A stretch of 64,000 nt of DNA from Bispira polyomma (taxonomy: Eukaryota). A program made the translations under genes and the position numbers. The notes beneath the pieces were generated by a model that was given only the letters and a program-made list of their open reading frames with translations, was not told the DNA's origin and made no database searches. Shown here piece by piece: positions 1 through 12,865 of the stretch; within the stretch, counting starts at the first letter, position 1, and each line of letters starts with the position of its first letter. The stretch lies in contig OZ287753.1 in the NCBI GenBank assembly GCA_965649765.1, positions 68,262,001 to 68,326,000 of the forward strand. Direction: 5' to 3'.

Positions 1-220
1 CTTGGCCTGCATTTAAAAAACCCCGAAACAGCCTCTAGACAGACAGACAGTAGAATGGCCAAGGGGGGGAGTGGGGGAGGGGGGGGGGGGACATTTATCC
101 CAATTTTATACAAATAATTTCCATATTGGTTGTTTGTATTGCTGGTGACAGACAAATGGACACAGGGTCAAAAGATAGGTGCTGGTTATTTACATCAATT
201 GCAACTGTCAAATAGAGTAC

Positions 221-462
221 AACCTGATCATGTTCGCCTGGCTCAAACTTTCTCCTCTTTCAGGAGTAAGCTGTAGACCTATCTTTTTGAACAGGCTTTT
301 CCACCTTAGCCGTCGCAACCATCTACGGTAGTCTCCCTGGTTACGACTTCCATCCGCCCACTATTTTTGATTTGCGATTAACGTTTTGGGTTTGTTATGC
401 CTTAGAATTTGTTGTACAAAGATTAAGCGCTATAAAAGTATGACTAGATTAGATTAGATTAG
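221..462 (+). mobile_element. 5'-truncated L2-clade LINE 3' end
   Basis: 223-309 reads PDHVRLAQTFSSFRSKL*TYLFEQAFPP*, an L2 ORF2 C-terminus with an in-frame stop. It is followed by a 3' UTR, an AAGCGCTATAAAA tail motif and (TAGAT)n. Possible TSD AACCTG at 221-226 and 463-468. Confidence 0.8.
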
Positions 463-483
463 AACCTGTAATTGTTAGATTTT

Positions 484-739
484 TTTGAATTTGAATTGGA
501 ATATTAAACGTCCACTCCAGTACCTGTTTAGGTTATATTAGGATGGGTAGTACGAAACGCTGGAGGAAACCCTGCATACAGTTGATCAAGGTTCTGCACT
601 GAAACCAGTGGCCCACAGTAAGGAACTACCACCTTTCCCACATAGGCATCGACGGGAGTCGAACTCACAGCACCCAGAGGTGAGAGACCAGTGATTGTGA
701 AGCTCAATGCTTGCTAACCACTAGGCTACCGTGGCCCCC
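484..739 (-). mobile_element. tRNA-derived SINE family A, copy 1
   Basis: Reverse complement has an A-box-like TAGCCTAGTGG, a GTTCGACTC B box, the same ~250-nt body as seven other copies and a CAATTCAAA tail. Confidence 0.92.
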
Positions 740-1069
740 TATAAATGCTCGAGACATGGTCCTAAAACTAGTACAAAAAGTCTACTAGACAAAGTCTGGG
801 CTTAGCCCTTTGTAAATACCACCCCTGGATTTAGATAGACTGACAAGTGGTGTTTTGTTGTTATTTTTTGTTGTTTTTTTTTTCTTTGGGGGGGAGAGGG
901 GTATTTATTTATTTTTTCGGGGGAAGGGTTATAAACTTTGTAGAGCAGACCAGCAGTAAAGGTGTAGAACATTCAAATTTTATATCCCAGTAACTGTTAT
1001 TACAGGACAAACTCTACTTTTGAGTGATGTATAGTTTACTTTATTGTTAAAAATATTCTTAACAAAACA

Positions 1070-1170
1070 AGTGTTGTCGTTTAAAAAAGAAACCCCCTCA
1101 GTTTGGCCAGGTCAATTGCTTCTAACCAATCCAAAAAAGCCTTACATATTATTTCCAACATGGCGGCTGT
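1070..1170 (-). repeat. Dispersed repeat carrying a CAACATGGCGG (YY1-like) motif, copy 1
   Basis: Reverse complement aligns to 33220-33360 and 58595-58980. Confidence 0.7.
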
Positions 1171-1254
1171 GCCTTATAATTGCCTGATAATATAAATCTG
1201 ACAAATGATATACCATCTTCTGTAAATAAATAAATAGAATATTATCCATTTCTG

Positions 1255-1601
1255 TAAACACTGGACTGGTCTTCTATTTTTAGTCTTGTTACAATTGTTA
1301 CAAAGGATTCAAAGGATTACAAAGCTTTCAGTACAGCATTCATTCTACATGGATTTTCACCCTGTAACTATAATCTCTACTTATGGAAAATATCTGAAAG
1401 TTCATACTGTGAGAATTGCCATAAGCTAGATACCATTGAACATTTTTATTTTGAATGTCAGAATGTGGAAAAAGATCAAGAAATTAATAAGCCAATCATT
1501 TCAATTTCAGATTGACCTGACTATTTTACAAATACTATTAGATATACCATGCACAAAGTATGATTTTAACATCATCAATTTTATTATTTTACATGTTAAA
1601 T

Positions 1602-1637
<36 letters not shown>

Positions 1638-1680
1638 GGTATATAGCTGGTCCAACCAGCTCCTTTACAATTTATAATCC
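1255..1680 (+). mobile_element. Tx1/L1-clade LINE ORF2 C-terminal fragment (zf-RVT CCHC), frameshifted
   Basis: Reads LDWSSIFSLV..LQSFQY..LYLWKISESSYCENCHKLDTIEHFYFEC (Cx2Cx7Hx4C), then NIINFIILHVKWYIY in another frame. Confidence 0.8.
1603..1635. repeat. (TA)n microsatellite
   Basis: Seen directly. Confidence 0.95.
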
Positions 1681-2098
1681 TGAATCCCACATCTTCTACC
1701 TGAGGGTTTCTCCACTCCCCCTCCAAATACATACACACCCAGTGATTAATAATCATCATCAAATTACAGACACTGTCAAATAGATCACACATAAATATAG
1801 AGAAATAGCCCTGGCAAACCATGGGGTTAAAAGCATCTAAAACCCAGATTTAAGGACCCCTGGGTACCTATTTAGGGTACCTATTTAGGTGGGTGTTTTT
1901 GTTTGAAGCATCTACCAGTCCAGTTATTACTTATATAGTGGAGCCCTATAACCAGCAAAATCACAGTAATAGCACGCACAAACCTCTTAATCTATAGCTT
2001 TCACATTCTCTATACTACAATTCACCAAACAGCCAAACAAACCATCAAAGGCACAGTTCTTCCCCTTATTATCTTCAATTACCTTTTCACATCTCCCT

Positions 2099-2120
2099 AC
2101 ACACACACACACACACACAC
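2099..2120. repeat. (AC)n microsatellite
   Basis: Seen directly. Confidence 0.95.
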
Positions 2121-3129
2121 AACACTGATTATTAAAAATCAAGCATACAATGGGAGACCCAATAGCACTTCACAATACATCACTGAGGCAGTGTACAGTC
2201 TGTATAAGATAAGGGGGTTTCCCACCAGTTTATCCAGGCACAAGAGAGAAGAATATCTTTACTTTAAAACTTCAATTCTTTACACCCTCTTATTCTTCTT
2301 GGTTGTTTCTACCAGAAGCAGCAGTTTTTTTCCTTTTATGATTAAGAAAGTGATGTATGAATTAGAGGAGATTTCAATGCACACACCCACCACTACAAGC
2401 TTTCTTATATCGTGCTCGGTATCTTAGTAACCTTCAAGATTAACAAAAAAGCTAAAAGAATTGTTAAAAGGGAAAACAAAGCAGAAAATGTGTTTTAATT
2501 TTCATCAAAGGCTATATAGCAAGTGACTATGGGGGTTGAAGGTGGGTGTGTTGGTGGGTGTACCATCACCACCACATGAAAGAATGAAAGAGTGAAACTA
2601 AAAAGCCTGTGGGCTGGTCCAAAGTAAAGAGGGGTAAAAATGCAAAGGGTAAGTGTTGTGGACACACAGGGACATTACACTGTAAATAGATGCCCTCCCC
2701 TACTTTTATACAAGCTGTCTAACATTTTTGATAGATTGGGGTTAGTCTGCAGGTCTGCTATGATACCCCAGTTATGGCTAGACTTTGAGTATATATGAAC
2801 AATGCACACGATGAAATATTACTAAAACTAAATGTCTTGTAAAACAAATGAACGATATCAGCACACAGCCAACAATTCTGAAGTATGGGTTCACAAACTA
2901 TCGCCCTATGTCCACTCTAATAGGATTTCTGTATGTGGTGTTATCTCTCTTAATCAAGCACACCCAAAGGAAGTTACAACTGTATATATCTATTCCTCCA
3001 CTCTATATAACAGGGTTTTCACTACTTGTGACTGATATGAGTAACTCATTCACTACAATAACTGATATCATGGGACCACTGTTTCAAGTTATTATAACCT
3101 ATGTCATTTTTAGCGTACTTATGTACTTT

Positions 3130-3278
3130 TTTATGTGAGTTTGAATACTGTGTGTTACTTCATGTACCAACGGTTGTCATTTACTTGCTTCAGCACTGGT
3201 TTCTTTCACCATTAAATCTGGTTGTCGTGATATCATCTAAGCTGTTCAAATCGACATAAAACCCCAACTCAATTCAAC
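3130..3278 (+). mobile_element. SINE family B, degraded 3' part
   Basis: TTCAGCACTGGTTTCTTTCACCATTAAATCT..CTAAGCTGTT matches 36000-36070 and the reverse complement of 17340-17400. Confidence 0.65.
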
Positions 3279-3432
3279 ATATAGATCATAAGTGATAATA
3301 ATTTAAGTAGGGTAAAGTAGCAGCCATTATACAATTCAATGCAAAATAACTTATTCACGGGGCAGTGTGAGCTGCCTTGTTGGAGTTTGGCATATGAATA
3401 CACAGTTTAGATACAATTATTAACACTCATCT

Positions 3433-3675
3433 ACGGCAGGCTACGGCACCCTTCACCATGTGAAGCGTGAAAGGGAGTTGCGCCCCTTGCCGCCGGATGC
3501 TACGGGGTGGGTTAATACTCAATCTGGTTGCTTGCTGATCAACCAGCTGTTAACCCCCCTACCCTTACCACCTTGCTATACCCATGGACTTTACGATTGG
3601 ATCACTGATTCTGCTGTTGCGCTTTAGAAGATGCCTGGCATCAATAAAGCGCGTTAAAAATGCATTATTATTATT
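3433..3675 (+). mobile_element. Head-less structured retroposon (family D) with L2-type tail, copy 1
   Basis: About 240 nt homologous to 9316-9550. Ends GTTGCGCTTTAGAAGATGCCTGGCATCAATAAAGCGCGTTAAAAA plus (ATT)n. Possible TSD ATCT. Confidence 0.85.
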
Positions 3676-5944
3676 ATCTTAAGGATGATTTTAAGCCCAT
3701 GATAACATAGGCTACCAATTTTAAGTTAGGCTATATATTATTAGTTCATAAAAAAAGAATCACCAATTGCGATATCTGTAATATTCTGATTGTGGAAATT
3801 GGAAATACCCCCATGATGGCTTTATCTATGGCTTTAATGGGTGCAATGTTATAGAGTAAACAAAATGCATGTTCTAGCTTATTTTTTACTGTCGTTTCTA
3901 TAAATATCACAATCTGATATAAATTAGTTGATCTAACCTAAATGGACTGCTGAGATAGTAACAGCACTTGTTATGTGTCTGGGGTAGTGACATATGGGTA
4001 TTTGTATATTAAAAAAGGGTATTATGTAATGGGAAAAAACACTGGAGCTGTTCTAACCTAAAAAGCAAGCAATTTGTTTGTGTTATAGTTACATAATTAA
4101 GTATTATGTCTGTTGCATAATGGTAATGGGGTGCCAGACAAAACAGACACATCAGTAACATTGTGCAAACAATATAGTTACATATGTAAGTGTGGGTGAC
4201 GTTGAGAACCAATAACACTTATATCCATTCTATTTGGACTAACTAGAGTTGGTTTGTTTTTCAAACAAATACCATGAATGTTTCTAGCATTCAAACTTCT
4301 TTGCAAAACACATAGTTGAATCACATAGTTTTTTACATAAAAAAGCTTCCATGACTTGTAATGTTGTTGTTCTGGTGTGTGTGTGTGTGTGTGCATGATA
4401 TTCAACAGACATATCATTGTTTTCTTGTGTCATTTATTTCCCCACTTCATTAAAATGGTCTGGTTTATGGTTAAATCCTAATTTCTCCAAATTTCAATGC
4501 TACAAGGGTGTGTATCTACCATGTTTAGCAACCCTCTACATGTCTGTTGTTGTGACTGGATCCTGGATCACAAACAGTTTTATTCTCGATGCCTGTACAT
4601 CGATAAAAGCACTATAGTAGTATCTAATTAAGTAATAGGTTTTATGGCACAAAAAGTGATACATTTACTACTAATTCACCTCTGCATGCCAGAATGCGCT
4701 TTACTAAGAGTAAATATCTCCATAGATTTTCTCTTTACCGATCCTGGTAAAGCATTTGATAGCCTTTTTATTTTTGCCCATACTTTTTATTCTAATTACA
4801 GTAAAACATGTGGTTGAGAGGAAGAGGTAGGTCATTTTACATCCTGGTAAGGCCCTCTCTTTGTCATACATTTATTACTTTTTAGACAAATTAACAATAC
4901 AGTTCAAAAAGAAGACGACAGATCCAATTTCAAAGACAACCATTATAGTGTTATCTGGAATAGTGTCCCTTATTATGGTAATGAAGGCCTCTCTATTCTT
5001 GTGTTCCTTTTCTTGAGATTTTAAAACATCACTTGACACAAAAGCTTTCTCCTAATAACTTACCATTAGACAGTCATTCCACCATCTGATACAACAAACG
5101 TATAATAATAAACCAAGGTGATGCCAACTGTATCAGTTACCTCAATGAAATCTCCTAAAATTCAAACTGTGCAGATTATAGACTCTTAAGCTGAACAATA
5201 ATCCCATCAAGTCATAACCTGCCAGATCTGACCAGATATATACATATAAACGGCCTCTTTTCTTACAAACCATATAAAAAAGCTTTAAAAAGTCAAGTAG
5301 ATATCTCTATACCTATATATATATATTTATATATATACTTCAAGAAAGCATCAAGAAGATAGCATCCTCATCTATTAAAAAGAAACACTCCATAAATACA
5401 GCCCATTGTGTCCCCTAGATGGTTCTACAGATCTTGAGATTATATATGCCCCCTTTTTTCCCCTTTCACAATTCACTTGTTAGTGTTTCAAATTCCTATC
5501 TTCTGTATATATCAGATACTGTCTACTTCACTTTCAAATACTTTTTAACTGTCTGTGAGTGTCCATGTCACAAGTGCTTATCTCTCCTTGTCTATTGTGT
5601 TATCTGAAAAAAATAGGAAGGCATTTATCCCAATCAAGCCAACCATCTAAACTGTGCAAGCAATAATCACCTGTTTGAAGGGGTTGTTCCTGTTACCCAC
5701 TCCTTACAAGATTACATACCCCTGACCGTCACCCACACTCGTCACTCTATAAAACTGTGTAATTACCCTGGTCAATGCTTTAAAACTATGTTATTTTGTT
5801 TAAAATTTTACATCATATTTTGGCTTGGATATAAGTGATTATTATTCCACTTGACACTAGTTTGTTATTATTCATTATATAGCACCCTGTTCATGCACAT
5901 TGTTGTATGACCCTCTAATGCACCCATTCTCTGAAAGGGATAGT

Positions 5945-6090
5945 CATACAACATAGCCTGAGCACTTATCAGCAGGCAATGGCATGTTCACATCTTGGCC
6001 AAGGAAGTTGTCCAGACCAACATCCCAAACGGTAGTGAAACCTAGGACATTTTGATTACTAAATCAACTCCCTAACCACTGGACCACCAC
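5945..6090 (-). mobile_element. tRNA-derived CORE-like SINE family C, partial
   Basis: Reverse complement has GGTGGTCCAGTGGTTAG (A box) and TCCTTGGCCAAGATGTGAACATGCCATTGCCT..CAGGCTATGT, shared with 13231-13500 and 41600-42090. Confidence 0.7.
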
Positions 6091-7355
6091 ACATAAAACT
6101 GCTAATGTTGTAAAGAATATTAAGGAAGCAGATTGTAAGGTAATGCATTAACAAATACTTTATTTATCCTCAAACCATTATTACCTTATACATCATTTAG
6201 TATAAATAAGATCACATTTGTTTCATCAAAGATCAATTTGAACTGAATGTTTTTGCAACTATATTCTATCTGTAATCAATATTGAACGCCGAAACCTTAC
6301 TGACCTCAATTGATGATCCATTAATCATTTAATGGTATAATAATTTTCCATAGTGTGATCAGAATTTAAGTAGTTACTAGTATGGTGTATACTAAAAGTG
6401 ATAAGTTTGAAGTTGATTTTGTATTGAAGTATATATCACTTTAAACAAAATATAACTAATTAGTTAGACTTACAAAATCTACAATATTATCGGTATTTTA
6501 TATTTACGCTGATTAACTAATAGACAATTTCCACACCTTTAATATTAATTTAAAAGCTATGTTTTTTGTGCTACCTTTTTCTATGGTCTGTTGTTAATGA
6601 TATTAGAAGACATTGCCTGGACAGACGTCTGATAAGATTATCAAATGCTTTACCCTTGTCTCAAAAAGGGAACATGCCAAAAATCTAAAAAAAATCCCCG
6701 TCCACAACAGATCATCTCTGACTATGGAATACATCTCCACATGCGCCCTTATGGAATTGGACCCTCCCTTTGTGTCCCAATACCTTTAACAAGCCTCTTT
6801 TATCAGAAGGTTTTGATCATTTTGAACCGTCTGTTTTTTATCAATGAGTGAAAGTGTGCCTTGCACGGTAAATGGTGGTAATTATCTCCTTCAGTGTACA
6901 CTTTCTAAATACCAAACTCCATTCAAGAATATAAAAAAACTACCACAATAGGTAGGGATTTCGTCCTCCTTTCTTATAAAAGAGTTGACAAAAGAATTTA
7001 GGCTCTCAAACTGTGAACAAAGGACCTTATCATTGTGTTTACACACTACTGAAGTATATTCAGAGAGGTTAAATAGGCAATATTTGTACTCCCATCAAGA
7101 ATTTAAAACAAAATAAAATAAATTTTACTTTTAGCAAACATAATATTGGAAATAATATATGTACTTCTTATTTTATTATTATTATTTTTTTTTTTTTTTT
7201 TGTGATGATTAATGAAGCCTTAGTGGCAAGTATGTGGTTATGGTGAAAAAACATAAAACAATTTTCTATGTTCACAACTTCTGATTCAAGACACAAGATG
7301 AATAAAATACTACCCATTTTTATCAATGAGAAGTATGAAATTGGTTCTTAGTTAA

Positions 7356-7660
7356 GGGTACAGTTACCACGCGTTGTATAATGGGCTTCACATTACTTTA
7401 TTTGCACCTTGTGGAACATGTACACACACACACCTCTCAGATAGTTATCAGTCTGTTCAGATTCATTGTTTCATTGTAGGATTTACTCATCATCGGGACC
7501 CGCAAAGCTCCAAATAAAAACTTAAACTCAGAATGCACTCAATCAAGGCTCTCTCTTTGTAACGTTCCTTTGTATGAAAATAATATTCACTTGTAATCAT
7601 TCATTTTAATAGAGCTTTTAGCACTGAATTTAAATATACATTGAGATTTTAACTGTAGCC
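7356..7660. mobile_element. TTAA-type (Kolobok-like) MITE
   Basis: TTAA at 7352-7355. TIR GGGTACAGTTA / TAACTGTAGCC. Internal 7588-7645 is homologous to 51305-51360. Confidence 0.55.
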
Positions 7661-8335
7661 AGATTTATGCACACTTTCGAGTAAAGCTTGTATTCTGAAT
7701 TGAGCTTGCAACTTTTGATGAATATGGAAAGATTGCCCATTCCAAGATATATGAATTAGAATCTCTATTTATGCTGCTACCAAGCAATTGTCACATGATA
7801 GCATTCTGTTATACTTTGCCAATGTACCTATTATGTTAAGCCAGATAAATCGAAATCTCTCTTGGTACCTGTTCGAACACTGTTCACTCAGAGGTTTCAT
7901 TAACTTCTGTAGCATCATTCAAAACTGGTGGAACAGATCAATGTTACTTTACCAGCTTTGAGATTTTTGAATATCTGGAGCCAAGAGAAGCAGCCATTAA
8001 ATTTTGAAGTAAAGACTTCCTTTACAATCCCAGCAATAGTGTTGTGTTATGTTAATAATACATATTAGATGTTCTCGCATCAAAATTGAAATCATTAATG
8101 GGAACAATCTGTGAAATGGTGATTCCCACATAGGTTTTCGTAGACAACGTCACGTCAACGTTATATAGTCATCATTAAAATGAAAGTATCGTTTCTATCA
8201 TACGATACCAACGTGTCCAGAAAGGAGGTAAATGGAAGACTTTAGACGGAAACATAATATTAATAATAAAAAAAAATATAGCACAAAAACATCCTCTAAT
8301 GCGCTGAATTCCAAAAAGGGATTGTCCATTATCAA

Positions 8336-8860
8336 ATAATAATAATAGAAGCATTTATATAGCGCAAAATAATATTACCACCATCGGATGAATTCAATGC
8401 AATTCCGCAGATGAAACGGATGCATCGGTTCCACATCGGCAGTTATACGGTACATCTCCAGATAAAACCGCAGTGAGCTAGATAAAAAAAATACATCCTC
8501 CGGAAGAACCATCATATACAGATCACTAAAGAATTTGCAACGGCTTGAAAAGGTGGTCATCGGAGCAGAAACGTATTCGAAGGGGAAAAAAGAACAAAAA
8601 TGCAGAAATTAGAGACTTACTCGCATCCCAGAGGTTTTTTGGGGATTTAGGGTCGACTGGGTCAGCTGAAAGAGGTAGAGTGAAACAGATCTGGCATAAA
8701 GGAAAAGTGTGAAGGCCCCGTAAACCAGAAAAGAAGACACTGATAGACTAAGGAGACAAAGGCTTACCAGGCACCAGTGGTGATACCTCGCCAGAAGTTG
8801 CAATACACCTTGGACATATATGTAGATAGAATGCGTAGATGTAGGTAAGTTGAGGTCAAT
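8336..8860 (-). mobile_element. Retroposon 3' end with L2-type tail; CpG-rich non-coding body, 5' limit uncertain
   Basis: Reverse complement ends GCATTGAA..GCGCTATATAAATGCTTC plus (TAT)n. Confidence 0.6.
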
Positions 8861-8862
8861 GA

Positions 8863-8927
8863 TCATGGTTGATACATGGTCATGGTTGATACATGGTCAT
8901 GGTTGATACATGGTCATGGTTGATACA
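8863..8927. repeat. 17-bp tandem repeat, about 3.8 copies
   Basis: Unit CATGGTTGATACATGGT, perfect copies. Confidence 0.95.
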
Positions 8928-9044
8928 CCTACTTTCCATTTTGATTTTAAGGTAACATTAAACTAATGAACACTTCTCTAAGATGAAGTAAAATATACAA
9001 ATATGAAAGTGTCCGTTTTCCTATTCTTTACGTTCTATATTCAG

Positions 9045-9068
9045 GAGACAAGTAATGTGTGACTACGG
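9045..9068 (+). other. Candidate 24-nt microexon
   Basis: Acceptor TTTTCCTATTCTTTACGTTCTATATTCAG and donor CGG|GTAAGT. One open phase: RQVMCDYG. Confidence 0.3.
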
Positions 9069-9139
9069 GTAAGTGATTTAAATTCAAATATATATATTGT
9101 GTTGGTTCACCGTAACCCGATGTATGGCATCGTGTTTGA

Positions 9140-9790
9140 TGTTAATGACTGAACAGTAAATTGCAGTAGTCCAGGCAACTCCTTTATCTGCCTATTACCT
9201 GAAACATGTGAATGATGAACATTATATGTTCTTCCTTATAAAGACCACCTGTAATCTTTTAGTAATAATTTAGTAGTAAGTTTTTGTTAATGACTGAAAG
9301 GTGAATTGTAGTAGTACTAGGCTATCACCATGTGAAGGGTGAAAGGGAGTTACGCCCCTTGCCGCCGGATGTTACCGGTAGGGTTAACATCCAGTCTGGT
9401 TGCTTTGTGATTAACCAGCGGTTAACCCCCTACCCTTATGACCTTGCTATGCTCATGGAGTTTACGATTGGATCACTGCTTCTGCTGTTGCGCTTTAGAA
9501 GATGCCTAGCATCAATAAAGCGTGTTAAAAAGGTATAATAATAATAATAATAGTCTCGGCAACTTTTTACCTGCCAATAACTAGAACACCTGAAATGTGG
9601 AGATTATTTGTTCTTCCTATAAAGACCACCAGTAATCTTTGAGTGATCATCTTGTACATATTAATTACTGAAAGTCAGGTAAATTGCAGTAGTCCAGGCA
9701 ACTGCTCACTCCTTACCAATGACGTTAACATCTGTATGGTGGACATTATTTGTTCTCCCTATTAAAAACACCTGTAATCCTTAGGTTAAG
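9140..9790. repeat. Old ~140-bp tandem repeat (3 units) interrupted by a family D insertion
   Basis: TTAATGACTGAA..GTAAATTGCAGTAGTCCAGGCAACT..TAAAGACCACCTGTAATCTTT recurs three times. Confidence 0.85.
9316..9550 (+). mobile_element. Family D retroposon, copy 2
   Basis: Homologous to 3433-3675, with a (TAA)n tail. TSD TAGT at 9312-9315 and 9551-9554. Confidence 0.85.
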
Positions 9791-10939
9791 TAGTCTTCTG
9801 CTAACACAGTGCTGGACTACTTAAGTCAATATAAGTAGACTTTGTTTGACTATATAACTCTCTGGTGACATAGTCAATGCACAAGCCAAACCAAAAGTGC
9901 CACAAAAGAGGTACATGCCAAATGTACACAAGCCAAGAGTATAAGGGTTAAGTATGTCTTTAAATTATTACTTTTCAGTGCTGATAACACGATGTATATA
10001 CACCATATGAATCATGCACAGTATAAGCATCAAAGACTTAGCCAGGGTAATATCAAGAATATTAAGTTTCTGAACAATACCATAGAAAACCCCCTAGATT
10101 TCATCTAAATGGGGCATTTTTTTGAAAGAGCAAATAAATTTTTGCCTCGTTTTGACAAATAAATCAAGCTTTATCTCTTTGAAAGCCGGAGCCAGTATGG
10201 GGTATAGTATATATATATATATCAGTCTTTATTTTTTTCTGTAAAATTAATTGACAAATTACAGCAGTATTTTGCATATTTAGCCTTTATTACTGTCAAA
10301 ATGGGAGTAACTTGATATGTAAAACAATTGGTCAAAATGCATTTCAATGGCTTTACCTAGAATTTTGACGTGTTGAAATTCTTGATCTTTCTTAGGGAGA
10401 TCGTATCTCTGCTATCACATTACAAAGTGTGATATATATATGTACATGTCCATATATTAATATCTGTCTATTGGTGGCAGCGAGACCATTATTTATCACA
10501 ATCACTGACTAACTTTATTAAAAACACATAAGAAAGGCGCTGTTATATATATATATATATTATATAGGGGCTTTTTCATTATTTTATTGATATATTATTT
10601 TAACCAGAATATGTGTACAATTCAGTAAAGACAAAAGAGGGTAACTTTTAAATATTAGACATTTCGAAAAATTACAGTATACTATGGTGTATTCGTGAGT
10701 TATTATGTTAAGTGAATAGTTTGAAGCTGACATAATTTAATAATCCTTACTTGTAGTTCCCAAACTGTGTGCCTGTACGGTGTATATACTTAGGGCCAGG
10801 TAAGAACTTCATATTTCAATAATATTTGTTATGGTTGAAGGAATTGGTGGTTGAACTTTTGACAGTGTGCTCAATTCTGCCAAGAATAGTCCGATAGGGG
10901 CAAGTTTCATTGTGATCAGTCCTGACCAGAAGACGAAAA

Positions 10940-11345
10940 TTAAGGCGGAAATGCGGGTTGAAGTCTGTAATTGCAAAGACTAGTAGGGAGATTATTCCAC
11001 TCAGCAGGTGCTGCAACTTTGAATGATTTGTAACCAGTTTTAGGGGTAAGAAACCCAGAGGTGGGAAGACGATTTCCCCTGGTGAAAATGCTGGAAGACA
11101 ACATAGATGATAAGTGGGATGGCTGCTGTACATATGCAGTCTTAAAAATGAGGACTTTTACCTTTAATTTGATGTGTAATTTAATATGTAGCCAGTGCAT
11201 TTTTTGAAGCAGAGGTGCTGTGTGTGAGTGCAGACCAACATTGTTTTGAACTTTCTGCAGCTCGTTTATTTGCCCCTGTCCAATTCCACACAGCATTGAG
11301 TTGCAGTAATCAAGTCGACTTGCCACCAGGGCATTTGCAACTGTA
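10940..11345 (-). mobile_element. L2-clade LINE reverse transcriptase C-terminal fragment
   Basis: VANALVASRLDYCNS..LQKVQN..HTAPLLQKMHWL..SFKVAAPAEWNNLP are hallmark L2 motifs. Contains internal deletions. Confidence 0.9.
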
Positions 11346-11694
11346 AAAGGTTTTTTTCAAAGAATTTCCTCAAACTTCCCTATTATTGTGAGTAAGTATA
11401 TAGACTAATTAAACAACCATAGCTTTCCTACTTGGCTTCATTTCAGTAATAAATACACTGGGTGGCAATATACTCTGTTTGCAGTTGCAAAGCTTTATGT
11501 TAAGGTGGGTTCTCATCCTGTTGTATCAACCATGGTAACATGCTCTATGGGAATGCATATGAATTCCTCGTTGATGTTATGAATGGGTGCAAGATAGCTT
11601 TTTTTTTGTCTTTTGCAGTAACTAAAAATGTCATCTCTCAAACACTTGGTAATCCAACATATTATCCCTGTGACACCTATCCCCAAACTCTGGT

Positions 11695-11939
11695 GGGGCC
11701 ACGGTGGCCTAGTGGTTAGCAAGCATTGCGCTTCACAATCACTGGTCTCTCACCTCTGGGCGGCGTGAGTTTGAATCCAGTTGATGCCTATGTGGGAAAA
11801 GTGGTAGTTCCTTACTGTGGGCCGCTGGGTTTAGTGCAGAACCTTGATCAACTGTATGCAGTGTTTCCTCCAGCGTTTTCAAGTACCCGTCCCAATATAA
11901 CCTAAACAGGTACCAGAGTGGACGTTAAAATATCCAAAA
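11695..11939 (+). mobile_element. SINE family A, copy 2
   Basis: Full length. TSD CCCAAACTCTGG / CCCAGACTCTGG at 11682-11693 and 11940-11951. Confidence 0.93.
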
Positions 11940-12865
11940 CCCAGACTCTGGCTGTACCTATTTAGTGATTAAAATAGGAGTGTCATAAATTATGTGGTGG
12001 TGCCTTTTGGAAGACGCCTTGCAACAGCCTTAAAACCAGAAAGCCCAATAGATTTATTAATTTCTTCTAACTCTATACAGTTCGTCTGTCAATATGACCT
12101 CAGATATGTTTTCAAGGCCTCTGATCTATGCACGACTTTAATCAAATATGTAGACCAGGCACTGTTCATTTAGTAAAAACAAAGTGTCTTTAGATTTGTA
12201 TTAATATATTTGTATATTCCCTAATATTTATAGTTAAAAAGCTGAGAGCTTCTGAGAAATGGTAAGAAAAAAGCCAACAACCTAGCAATATATCTTCAGC
12301 AAGACTCTTTAGTTGGTTAGTGTTTGAAATATGAGCTCTCTAATAAATTGTATAATTAAGTTTAACAGCAAGAAATAGCTTTCTTTATATAATGTATATA
12401 TAAGCTTGTGTGTTTGTGTGTATATGTATCTAGGTTTCTGTGGTGATGAACACACCCTGAGGTGGCATTTATCCAATAAATTACATTTATAGCTACCCCT
12501 CCCTCTTTATTCAATTTTCACAAATATAAAAATGTCAAAACCTGACATGAATGGATGTTATCCTCATCTTTAAACACAGAGAAAAATTCATGCAAGTAAT
12601 CTGAGAGTTACTTAAAAATTGTAAAATACCAATTGTATTGTTGTTGTCATTTTGAAAGCAGTTTGTTTGTTTTTAAAAAAAAATAAGCAGGAAAAGACTT
12701 TTCAGGTAAAATACAAAACTTTATTAACCGGTGAAAGTAAGAAGAACCTTTAGTGATGTCTGATATAAAACTCTGAGTGTCCCAGTTATCCTAGCCTTCC
12801 CTAAGGCTCAAATAGTTTGTGAATTACAAAAACAAAATACCTCAACTCATTTTCAAAGATATTGA

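Noticed and set aside
3539-3550. miR-133-like TCAACCAGCTGT
   Set aside because: The seed is absent and the match lies inside a repeat.
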